A DNA stretch of 64,000 nt from assembly GCA_029953675.1 (NCBI GenBank), contig JAMWBK010000007.1, forward strand, positions 248,001 to 312,000, written 5' to 3'. Numbering within the stretch: position 1 is the stretch's first letter; each line of letters opens with the position of its first letter. Below are positions 1 through 10,384 of the stretch, piece after piece. The notes below the pieces were generated by a model, which searched no databases, was not told the DNA's origin, and saw only the letters and a program-made list of their open reading frames with translations. The stretch is from Rhodosorus marinus CCMP1338. Lineage: Eukaryota; Plantae; Rhodophyta. The position numbers and the translations under genes are program-made.

Positions 1-892
1 TCTTCCCCGCCCTCTCAAAAGATCCCCCACAAACAAAGGGAATGGTTGCGTCCACATCAAGAAAAAAAACTAAAAAACGAACAAAAGAGTTTTTACCATT
101 TTCCCACTAGTAAATCCGCCCTTAGAGCCCCAGTAGGGATATCAATCCATATATCAGTCAATATAAGATATACTAATTATTTCTATCCACGTGTCTTGAT
201 TGTAAGAGAGAAATGTCGGGTATTCATCAATCAAGATATTAGTCAATAAATACTGTATACTAATTATATGATTGCACGTTGTGTTTATTTTCCAATGAAC
301 GATCTGAACGCTATATTTATTGACTGAGGATGATACTTTTAAGCGAATAGAGAAGTGACAGCTGTAACTGTTGAAAGATCTTGGATGGTGTCAGTATGGA
401 CTGTCCGCTGGTTTACGGGCACAAGCTCATTCACATTGGGGAGTAGTTGGGGTCTTAAGCTGCTCGAACGGGTTAGTTTGAAGGCGCTATTGATCAGAAG
501 AATGAATTTTTTGTTCCTCGAGCTGATTCACAAGAGCCGAGGCTCGAGAGTTGGACGTTGCAAGGGTGCAGGTTCGCGTCCACCTGGTGCAGTACAAAAC
601 GGTTCGGTTCAAGCTGAAGCAGAGGAAGTTGTGTCCTGAGCTCGTGCTACGGGGAGTGAGTTCCTGAGCGAATACTCGACGCGGCTATAGGCGAAGAGTA
701 TCCCTGCAAAGCGGAGTTACCTCAGCGTCCACAAACGCGAGTGGCAAATACGAAACCTTGCTACATATACACTTCTTTTTTATATACATTATTATACTTT
801 CACAAGTTCATACTCGCCTTCTTCCACGAGCATACAGCTATGTTCTCGCGAATTACTCTACACATTCTGGGAGTCTGTTCAGGTCATCTTCC

Positions 893-1366
893 TTACGCGG
901 CGTGTGCTTTCAAGTCGTCTCTCAACGTCCTCGCTCGGCTCATCCTATATCTCTTGTCTTCAATAGCCTGGCCTCGTGAGAAGATCATGAGCCTCGGAGC
1001 TCTTGTTCGTCCAGCAAACTCGGAAGGTACGTTCTCCTCGTCCACTGCATAGAACGACAAATTTGCGAACTCCTTTGCATGATTCTTCAGCTGAGACTCC
1101 ACGATATCGGAACTCGCATCTCCGCGTTTCAACACCGCCACCACAACTTTATCCTCAACCTTGGAAGAATCCACCACGGCATGGAAGTCCTCCTCGGTTT
1201 TCAGTGGAAACAACGGTTCCTCCGATCTCCTCCAGACCCTATCCTCTGTCGATGGAACCGCAATAACAGCTCTCACAACCTCCCTTCGACTCCTAGAAGA
1301 CACAGCCCTCTCTCCACGTCTCGAACCATTCCCCACGAACCGAATGCTGCTCACAAAACCGCTCAT
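893..1366 (-). CDS. Plastid-targeted thioredoxin-fold protein lacking CxxC
   Basis: ATG at 1366 (the track's 1378 start is TTG), TAA at 893-895. N-terminus MSGFVSSIRF...RRGERAVSSR is S/R-rich and transit-peptide-like. Mature part (EEDFHAVVDSSKVEDKVVVAV...FYAVDEENVP...APRLMIFSRGQ) follows the Trx-fold pattern but has no WCxxC. Confidence 0.6.
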   Translation of the reverse strand: MSGFVSSIRFVGNGSRRGERAVSSRSRREVVRAVIAVPSTEDRVWRRSEEPLFPLKTEEDFHAVVDSSKVEDKVVVAVLKRGDASSDIVESQLKNHAKEFANLSFYAVDEENVPSEFAGRTRAPRLMIFSRGQAIEDKRYRMSRARTLRDDLKAHAA

Positions 1367-3519
1367 CCTAGGTCCCAATAAAACTTAAAACAAAACAATA
1401 AATCAAAACTTGCTCAATCGCACAAACCTTGCTCCTACTCTACTCAATCCCCGGCAACGCTCCTCCACTACTTTCACATTCTTCATCCAGCTTATATGCA
1501 CCTCCAAAGATCCCCTACCTGCCCCTACCACCCTCCTCCATCTAGCAACGTCTACCAACCTGGTGGGGATAACAAGGAGCCATCCCAGAAGTCAGGCGAG
1601 AAAATGTGTTCAAAAAAAAACAGCCCCTCCGGAAACCGAAACCGGTTAAGAATATACATAAAAACATTATTAAGCGGACGACAAAACCCCTACAAAAATC
1701 GTTCAAACACTAATTATTTCTAAAAACAATAATTTAGATATAGAAAAATAGAATGTAAGGAAAATTATTCCATAAAAATTGGTTGAGGGGGTTTTCTCCC
1801 GCCGCTTGGATGCAGCTAGAATATTCCTCGGATCCAATTGGAAAGAGTTTAGGGGGACGGGACGGGCTAAATTTTTGGAGGTGCAGGTCTTTGATTTTGA
1901 GGGGAGGATGAGGAGGAAGTTGAGTTGAATAGTAGTTTGACTGTCTCCTCGTACATGACCGTCTTATTCGTTTTATAAGAGTAATTTAGTTGTTTTTGCC
2001 AGTGACAATGGATTAACCACGTACCACTGGGATTAGTTAGCAAACCGAGGATAATAGTTGTTGTTTTGGGAGGGGGTTACGCGAGATTCGATACACAACG
2101 GGGGAGGGGTGGACTAATATGCTCTTTCTAGGATGAGCTCTAGATATTTCGAAGGGGGGGTCCTACCGGGGGGTTACAATGTCGGAATACGAACGTCAGG
2201 TCCCTGCAAAGTTACGTATAAAGGAACTATTTTCCTCGACTTTGCCCTCCCAGCAACCGCCCCTCAGCATCCAAAAAGGGGTGGAAACCACTCAAAATCG
2301 CTGCTCCACTTGAAACCTAAATCAATTAGGGTTACTACGAGTGTGTCGTTGTTTAGTTGGTTATAGGGAGAAAACTTGAGCCAATTATTTTGCTCTAAAA
2401 GTACTCGCCGAGTCACCAGTGGCGGCCAAGGGCGTACGAAATATTTTCCACCCAAAAATATATTCAGGATTGAGTATGAGGAAGTTACGTATTAACCAAT
2501 AAAATAAGATATCATTCCCACAAAACGAGCTTGACATAAAATATTGAATTTTTTAACCAATCAAACGCAATGAAAAATCCGGCTGGTTTTGGTCCGCCCG
2601 TTAGATTCTAAGCGCGCACACAATTATTTCGCTGGCAGTATTGTGGTGAGGAAAATGGAAACTTCTGCGTACTCAATTTCCTACGGTCCCCATTGGCTTA
2701 AGCCAAAGTTGAGAACCCTAAATAAATAGAACGATTCTTTGGACTACCAACCATTGCTGGTTGGTAGATAAGTTTCTCTTACTTTATAAACTTTTGGGGA
2801 ATATATATCGATGATTGGGTAAAGTGAATGCTTGGAGATTGGGTTCAATCGGATATTCACCACTGTTCTGGCAACGGACAGTTTTCAGGAGGTGTTTATT
2901 GGGAGAAATTTCACAACAGACTGTAAGCATTGCGATGTGATTGGTTCCGTTCTATGTGGGGATTGGAGAAAAAAAATTCTCCTCGTCTACAACTGCTTTT
3001 CCGTTCCGAAGATCGGAAGTACAAACCTTCGCGGTTTCTTTTGCGCTCAGAGGGAATGCTCTTGTTGATCAGGTCTTCAGGAAGGGACGCAGCTTCGACC
3101 TCTGAACTTAGTAGAAACTCGTCAACCAGCCATGCGTGGAGCTCTGTGGAGCGGTGGCGAATGGATCGCATCTCAGAAGCAACGATTATACATTTGATTA
3201 CCGGACTAGAAGTCCAGTAATTTACATTCTCTGCATTCTCTGGATGCGGTGCTACCGGAAAAACTGAGTCGAGACCCCAGGCCAGGCCTCCCCAAATTCT
3301 CGTGGATGCCACCGCGGGGCTGCTGGCTGTCTTACAGACTGATGAGGGAACTTGCCTGTGGTATTCGCAAGAGGATTAGTACCAAAGAAACCTGGGAACA
3401 GGCAACCAGCAACACGCTGCCTTCAAGTAACAACGCGTCCTTGAAGTAAGGCGGGCATGAGGCATGCCCCATTGATCAACGGAGCTGCCCCGTTGCACCC
3501 CAATTTATAAATAGTGCAG

Positions 3520-3800
3520 ATATCAACGGTTTTGTCGCGCCATTGTCCCATGAGCAAGCCAAAATCGGCGATCCAACCGGCGCGTACTGTAAATCTTGAT
3601 CGGGAAAGCAGTGACTCCTTTTCGCGATCCGCACAGCCCTGGATGACTAGCCTCGCCTTGTAGACGGGTCTTGTTGTCTCGACATCCTTTATGGTCAGCA
3701 CGTACAGTCCCCCAGTCGTCCGATAGGCTTGCCAACACGGAAGAGCAGGGGGACCTGCGTGTTCTCGTCTTTCCTAGGGGGAGAAGCAAAGCTGTTTTGA
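3520..3800 (-). mobile_element. Ty1/Copia reverse-transcriptase fragment (degenerate)
   Basis: Minus strand reads GGLYVLTIKDVETTRPVYKARLVIQGCADREKE, matching the Copia RT N-terminal block (GGRFVL.IK...KARLV.QG). It decays into stops and frameshifts; boundaries approximate. Confidence 0.65.
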
Positions 3801-4262
3801 ATGGCAAGAGTGTGTAGGCAAGCCTATCACCAAGCTCCTCAAAATTTCCCGGCTTTACAACCCAGACCTCATCAGGCCTTCCGCAGCAGATGTCTTCTGC
3901 TCTTAGCATCTTTCGAAAACTCACAAACTCCAACACCCTGTGTCTGGAGACGGAGCTTGGCCCACCTGACCACCCGTTGTTCGGCGACTCCCTGTCAACT
4001 GCAACACTACCATTCGCGGATTCTCTCTGGCCTGCTCGTAGAGGGGTGGATTTGGCTTGGGCCCCTCTAGGTGATGAAGGAGGTAAGTCTCCCCTAAAAG
4101 AGGCCAGACTTCTCTGTACTCGCAATCCAGGCCGTTTGTAGACTGGTAGGCCGCTGGATTCCAAGAACTGCCGGAACACGATCGCCGTTGATCTTTCTAA
4201 CTCCAGCACTTCCTCTTGGTCGTAAGAGGAAAGTACTTCATCTTTCAAGCCATCTCCTACCA

Positions 4263-4312
4263 AACCCGACAGTAACCGTAAGCTTTACTGGGCTTACGGT
4301 TACAGTCGGGTT
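4263..4312. repeat. 50-nt hairpin (21-bp stem with one mismatch, 8-nt loop)
   Basis: aacccgac-a-gtaaccgtaagc / tttactgg / gcttacggttac-a-gtcgggtt read directly from the sequence. Confidence 0.9.
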
Positions 4313-4803
4313 AACCATGCTCCTATCGCATCTTGGAGTCCAGTCTCTTTCTTGATGCCTCCGGCAGCATGTACGGCAATCTTTCGTTCCACGTCTCCCG
4401 GCTGCCAACTGAGCTTGGCGCTTTCACAGCCCTTTCCATCATCACCTACACCCAACCACTCACTACCAACCAATCTCAACCACTACGTCCAATACTAAAC
4501 CCCACAAATAACCAAGAGACATAACCTCATTGATCAAAGTAAAGCTTAATCTCTTCAGAAACCCCCTGAAGACGGTATTCGACCTAGAGAGGGATACAAC
4601 CACTCTAAAAGGTCTCCAATGGCACAGATCGCGGGGATGAAACCCACTGACTCTATGTCAAAGGTAGTCCAAATCAGACGCAGGGAGGAAACCCGCTATC
4701 TTAACCCAAACCCAAAGAAACTCTGTTCTGTTATTCTCTTCCTTTTTTCTTCTCTCCCTTTTCTACCGCTTCCCAGTGAACCTTTAAGCCCTTCAGTTCA
4801 CTA

Positions 4804-5800
4804 ATATCGATGATGATCCGTTTATTCAGAGCCTAACCCCTTAGAAGCGAGAGACAAGACGCTGATGACGTGCGTCTACAAATAAAGCAGCATTTGAGCG
4901 CCACAGGGTCAAAGACAGCTCCGTGAGCAGACTATCTAGACGCCCTGGGTCGTTGCGAAAGATACCTCGCACCCAACGAGAACGTACACTATCTATTAAG
5001 CCAAAGCATTCAATAAGGAGGGGGACAAACCGGTATGTCACCGCCGAATCGCGAAAAGTAGGGTTTGACATCGCTGCTGCGTACTGCGATTCTTTCACAT
5101 GCCGCATTGACCGAGCTGCAGCTCCTCGACGCCGAGCGGAGGCAGGCAGGTACCTGGTTGCCTGCGGACAAGGGATGGCGAGGTCAATGTACTCACTGCG
5201 ACCCGCATTTAGGTCAGTCGCAACGAGATCCGCCACCCGCTGTACCGCTGGGGCGTCACTCCCGTCAGCAATTTCCGTTGCCACCGCCAGAGGCCTCATA
5301 CTCCACTTCTCGGTCCGTATCGAGCGATTGAGAACGAAGGGAGCGGAAAAGCAAGCGAATGAGCCGCGTGTGGCGCCTGGTCCGGGCCCCTTGAACCTTC
5401 GCACAAGACGCCAACAAGTGCGCACCATAATCACCTCAAGGCTCGTTCGCCCCGACAATGCACATCGAGAGTCCCGCTCAACAGGCCACGGGGGTTGCGG
5501 CAACCCCAGGTACAATCGCAAGCTTACACGAAGTTCGAGATCGGTAAGCGCCAACCGCGGATACGCAGGTATGCCCGTGAAGAAGCGGGGGCTGAGACTC
5601 CCCCAAAAACCGCGCAGGCGAGCCAAAGTCGACGCCGAGCAGGAAGGTGAACTCAGAAGGGTGGCATACGAGTCCCGATGTATGTTCCACGACAGGGTTT
5701 TTGGATTACATCGGTCCTCGAAGGGGCCGGACCCGACCGGGAAACGCCCTCCTCTGGCGGTCTCAATGGCACAGCCACGACGTCAATATCCTCGGCAGTT
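4804..5800 (-). mobile_element. CRE-like non-LTR retrotransposon, 3' part (zinc knuckle + restriction-like endonuclease), frameshifted; copy 1
   Basis: Motifs: ARLRG...LRLYLGLP; in a shifted frame DYGAHLLASCAKVQGARTRRH (knuckle); RVADL...YIDLAIPCP...KESQY...FVPLLIECFG (RLE, PD-(D/E)xK-like). 3' end AATAAACGGATCATCATCGATAT. 5' boundary uncertain (may reach about 6000). Confidence 0.8.
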
Positions 5801-6144
5801 TCTACACCATTCCCAACATACGGCGCTGTACCAGAGACACCCGAACGCTGGCCGCCGAGGGAGTCAAGAACTGCCACCCAGGAATCGCAACGACCTGGGT
5901 ACCACTCGCCAGGGCAAGTACATTGTTGTGCCTGCACGCTCACTTGTCAGCCATCAACATGTTTCAGGGCCATGTGCTTGGATGGCAATTGTATCAGCAA
6001 CTCTGACAAAGTCTTCCTGCTGAAGGGAGTTGCTTCGATTGTACACGTTGCTAACACTCCTCCTCGAAGTGACGCCCTTTGTTTAGGATTCTCAGCTTGG
6101 CTCTGTGTCTGTTGAACTTCGTCGTTTCTAGCGCCTTGGTGAGT

Positions 6145-6759
6145 ATATCGATGATCATCCGTTTATTCAGAGCCCAACTACCCTGAGAAGCGAGAGACAA
6201 GACGCTGATGACGCGCGTCTACAAATAAAGCAGCATTTGAGCGCCACAGGGTCAAAGAAAGCTCCGTGGCCAGACTATCTAGACGCCCTGGATCGTTGCG
6301 AAAGAGACCTCGCAGCCATCGAGAACCTCCACTATCTATCAAGCCGAAAAGCATTCAATAATGAGGGGGACAAACCGGTATGTCACCGCCGAATCGCGAA
6401 ACGTAGGGTTTGACATCGCTGCCACGTACTGCGATTCTTTCACATGCCGCATGGACCGAGCTGCGGCTCCTCGACGCCGAGCGGAGGCAGGCAGGTACCT
6501 GGTCGCCTGAGGACAGGGGATGGCGAGGTCAATGTACTCACTGCGACGCGCATTTAGGTCAGACACGACGAGATCCGCCACCCACTGGACCGCTGGGGCG
6601 TCACTCTCGCCAGCAATTTCCGATGCCACCGCCAGAGGGACCTCATACTCCACCTCTCGGTCCGCACCGAGCGATTGAGAACGAAGGTAGCGGAAAAGCA
6701 AGCGAATGAGCCGCGTGTGGCGTCCGGTCCGGGCCCCTTGAACCTCCGCACAAGACGCC
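6145..6759 (-). mobile_element. CRE-like non-LTR retrotransposon 3' fragment, 5'-truncated; copy 2
   Basis: Aligns by eye to 4804-5412 with high identity and the same 3' terminus. Reads CAEVQGARTGRHTRLIRLLF...VADLVVSDL...FVPLIIECF. Similarity stops at cacaagacgcc (6759). Confidence 0.85.
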
Positions 6760-7180
6760 GCGGAAAGACCTCTGCCTCGCGCACCGAGTACGGCCAGCCC
6801 AGAAAGCGCTGAGATCCAGATAGCCTCCGAGCTCATATTCGGTGGAATCTCGTTCTCCTTTCCCTTCGACTTTAGCTGAGCTTTCTATACGGAATGGACA
6901 ACCTCACCTGGTCCGAAATGTCAACTCGAGTGGAGAACGACCGTTTCCTGACGTCCCCTGGAGATAGAACGTTCATTGACATCCAACCTCAGCACCTCAA
7001 GTACAATACGGAGCGACCGAAAGACCAATGACCAGACTCCACCAAGCTATCTACTCATCGCGTCCAGAAGTCAACTCAAGTCAAAAGACACAAAAAGCAC
7101 ATCTTCTGTTATTCCGTACAGTTCCGGACGTTGAGAATGTCTTGAGGCATTGACCCCAGACCACCTTAACAGCAGCGACG

Positions 7181-7298
7181 CTGCGCGGGTCCCAACCCAC
7201 GTAGCCCACTGCGCGGGTCCCAACCCACGTAGCCCACTGCGCGGGTCCCAACCCACGTAGCCCACTGCGCGGGTCCCAACCAACGTAGCCCACTGCGC
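7181..7298. repeat. 28-bp tandem repeat, about 4.2 copies
   Basis: Unit ctgcgcgggtcccaacccacgtagccca at 7181, 7209, 7237 and 7265 (one substitution in the 4th), plus partial ctgcgc. Confidence 0.95.
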
Positions 7299-7347
7299 TG
7301 AACAATCCACGACAAAACCCTCAAGGTTGAAAATGGTGTCTCGCAGG

Positions 7348-7399
7348 TCTTACGAGCGTTCTCTCTCTCTCTCGCGACAGAGAGAGAACGCTCGTGAGA
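7348..7399. repeat. Hairpin with a 17-bp perfect stem
   Basis: acgagcgttctctctct (7352-7368) is the reverse complement of agagagagaacgctcgt (7379-7395). It extends 4 more pairs with one G-T; 10-nt loop. Confidence 0.9.
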
Positions 7400-8552
7400 A
7401 AGTGCAGGCCCAGCCTAGTGTCAAAAGGTGACCTGGTGGGCGGTCGCAACAGCTACCTCGGACTGCCCGGAAAGTAGCAGGACAAAAGGCTGAGGTTGGA
7501 AAGCCTCATTTTACTCGCCAGGGAGACGCTGTCGGAGGTGGCTAGTCCTTAGGGTCTTAACAGATTCCTGTTCTAGCGATTTGTCCTGTCTTAGCGACAA
7601 GATCTTGACCCAGCTTGTCACTGCTTCGTGCGCTTCTATAGGCTGTTCTTTATCTGAGAAGAGTTATGTGCTTCGGGATGGAATGAGAGAGATCGTGGAG
7701 CAGGACGCTGCGATGTACCACGATCAGTTTGTCTTCCACGATCTCTCGGGTGATCTTGAGAATTCTGTTGAGTCCGCGGCTCTACGAAGAAGCTGCGAAG
7801 GCTCTCAGTGTGTGGTCGTGCTTCGCAATCGTTGTGCGTGCGTTTTGGGCGGGTCTATCGCTGAAGCATGGGTGTTAGCGTTCTACCTGGAGAGTACAGG
7901 CAGAAACTAAGTCAACCGGAGAGGAACTCACGCTGCCTTCCTCTGATCTGCTTATGGGAACGAGGGATCTCGTGATGGAGAGTTTCTGTCCAGGTGTATT
8001 CGAGTGGGAGCAACTCAGGGAGATGGCCAGACGGTGTGGTGTTAAACCACGCAGACGCCTCGCGGATACACGAATATGATGCCAATAAGTTCAGGCCTGG
8101 CACAAGCACCGTTCTATAGGGAGTGGCCGTGTACGTGTCGAAGCCGCCTTGATATCCTTTGGAGACGTCATCAAGCTGGAAAGAGAAGCTTCACCCGCAG
8201 CTCCGAGACTTTGGGAAGCACATGAAGACCTTGTCAAAACTCGATCCAATATAATAATAAAAAAGTACTAAAACGTCGCTGCCAAAGAGGGGGGACGGGG
8301 GTTAACTTTGTACAAGACTTGACGTCGCTCACAACCTCTCCAGAGTTCGGTTTGAACATCTTGTGCGGATGTTCTCACGGACTGTCGACTCCAGCTAGGT
8401 TTGTACAAGCGCCAGGAAGGCTCCTCCTCGCTTCTTGATCGGGAATTTCTGGCTGTCACCTGAACGAATTCTAAGGGCTTTTGAGCACTGGCTTTCCTTT
8501 CCCAGTTGCGTCAGTCTTCGCTCTATGCAGAAGCCTCCTGTTTCCCGCGAAG

Positions 8553-9286
8553 TCAGGTCATGAAATCCGAGTTGGTCACAGTCTGCTTGAGTTCGTCAGT
8601 TAGCCATCCTAGTCCCTCTCGCAAGTTCTCGCCAGTCTTTCCGCAGCATGGAACAATTCTGTAGTTCGAGACCGGAAGATCGGGTAATTTCAAAATGCTC
8701 TCAATTTCCGACTCGGTCATTGCATCTGGGAGATCCTACGCTGAGGCAGACAGGCTCTGGCAATGAGCATTGAGAAAGTTCCACGGGCTTGTAGAAAAAT
8801 GGTTTCTCTCATACCTTCTTGTTGGCGTACACAAGGAGCGGATCCCCTGGAATCTCCTGTGATTTCACGTACATGTCATCGAAGAATGCTTGAAGCTCAT
8901 CTGCAGCTAGAATCGCCCTTTGCTGATCAGCGGCATCCAGCACGAATATATACGCGTCTGTAGCCCTCGAGTACTGCCTCCATAACGGTCGCATCTAAGA
9001 CAGAAATGGAGACAAACAGCTTAGCAGAAGCTCTTACAAACCAAAGCAACGACGGAATCGAGGACAAACGTACCTTATCCAGACCCCCAATGTCCCATAT
9101 ATCATACTCTATCCCGCCGAAGCTCAGACTCTCCTGGTTCACACCAAGAGTTGGAATCGTATCTATACATTTATTAAGCACCAATCGATACAGAATTGTC
9201 GTAGAGCCAGCTCCATCCAACCCAATCATCAGCAGACTCTTAACGTTCCCGTCCGAGCGGGACATTTTAGACGAGATACAGCCCAT
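8553..9286 (-). CDS. ARF-family small GTPase with atypical G1 and G3 motifs (191 aa, 3 exons)
   Basis: Exons 9286-9074, 8994-8815, 8735-8553; both introns GT-AG and phase 0. Motifs MGCISS, GLDGAGSTT, TIPTLG, WDIGGLDKMRPLWRQY, YANKKDLPDAM, CCGKTGENL. Confidence 0.9.
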
Positions 9287-10384
9287 TTTCTCCGCTAAAA
9301 CTTCCAACCCCCCCAAACAAGGAGTCTCAGATCCGCAGAAGCTCAAGTTTTCTAAGCAAAGCGTTCGATAGGGACAAACCAAAACCGGGTCTATAGGAAC
9401 AAAACGCTTTCTATCCAAACTTGGGAAAACCAGTGTTTCCAAGTGTCCTCATACAAAAAGGTTCACTTATCCTTCTCACAGCCAACGGAAACAAGAGCAC
9501 AAACAAGAACAGCCCCAATCCTTCTCTAACATCCAAAGATGTCAAACCCAATCCCTCACTCCCCTCCTCCTCCTCCTCCCAAGAAAAAACCAGCCCTTAC
9601 TGTCAACCCACACGTCCGTAACTCGCTAAAGTCTTCCGTCAATTGCTTAAGACACGGAACATTTCTTTTGATGTGAAACGCCCACACTCCCTTTTCTTGC
9701 TTGATGTGGGACTCCAACTCCAAAACAAAAATAAAATCCGACGATTTCCCTCCCTTTTCCCTTAAAATCTTAATAAAGAATATTCTATAATATAGAAATA
9801 TACTCTCGAAATGAGCACCAGACAGTTGCTATTTCCATAAAATAGAATATTATCTCTATTATTTGGAAAGACTCCCAGAATCTCTCTCAAAGACTTGCTG
9901 TTTTTTTAAAGAAAACAGCACCTAGAATATTCTCTTATAAAATTGAATCAAAAACAATTTTGACATGAATTTGGATGGACAGGCTGTCGTTTGACGACCC
10001 CTTTTGTCAGATCGCCGTTTACTTCTTTGCAGATCGTTGAGAGAGACACAGAGACAGAGACAGGGACATAGACAGAGAGTCGACTCCTCCGGGCAGTTCT
10101 ATATTGTTCTTTAGATTCGGGGGGAAGAACAATTTAATGCTTTTTGGTCTTGCTAGTTTTAGTCGAATCCCGCAGCTCCTCCCCCGCGTGCCGGTGAGAG
10201 GAAAGGCATTTCCGGCCTTGGCCGGATGGTTCTCTCGGGAAGACTTTCCCTTCTTTAACAGTCTCGGGTTCACGTCGAATTCCATCCATTTTCTGATTTT
10301 TGCGGCTTTGGCTATAAATATCATACCAAAAGCCCCTTGCAACTGAAAGAGATGAAAGCAAGCCACGACCCTACCCACCAAGCT

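Larger units (their letters stand above)
6780..8079 (+). pseudogene. Class II aldolase/adducin-domain gene, disrupted
   Basis: Pieces in order: LYGMDNLTWSEMSTRVENDRFLTSPG...RLHQAIYSSRPEVNS (about 6883-7078); LRDGM...QDAAMYHDQFVFHDLSG...VVLRNRCACVLGGSIAEAWVLAFYLE (about 7670-7890); after a frameshift VQAETKSTGEELTLPSS...PGVFEWEQLREMARR to TGA 8077-8079. No intact start, about 0.5 kb interruption, and NHG replaced by NRC. Confidence 0.7.

Noticed and set aside
4923-6023. 366-aa plus-strand ORF (likewise 15015-15821, 19488-19952, 37105-37647, 56436-57050, 59124-59540)
   Set aside because: Antisense or alternative-frame shadows of real coding or TE sequence; no motifs.
7181-7298. 28-bp repeats as a CRISPR array
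   Set aside because: Units are directly adjacent with no spacers, there are no cas genes, and the context is eukaryotic.
7081-7580. Helitron call for the insert (begins TC, has CTAG near the end)
   Set aside because: No A/T target junction and no hairpin just upstream of the CTAG; left as an unclassified insert.
8736-9073. Both ARF introns are exactly 79 nt
   Set aside because: Their sequences are unrelated and 79 nt is near the modal intron size here; coincidence.
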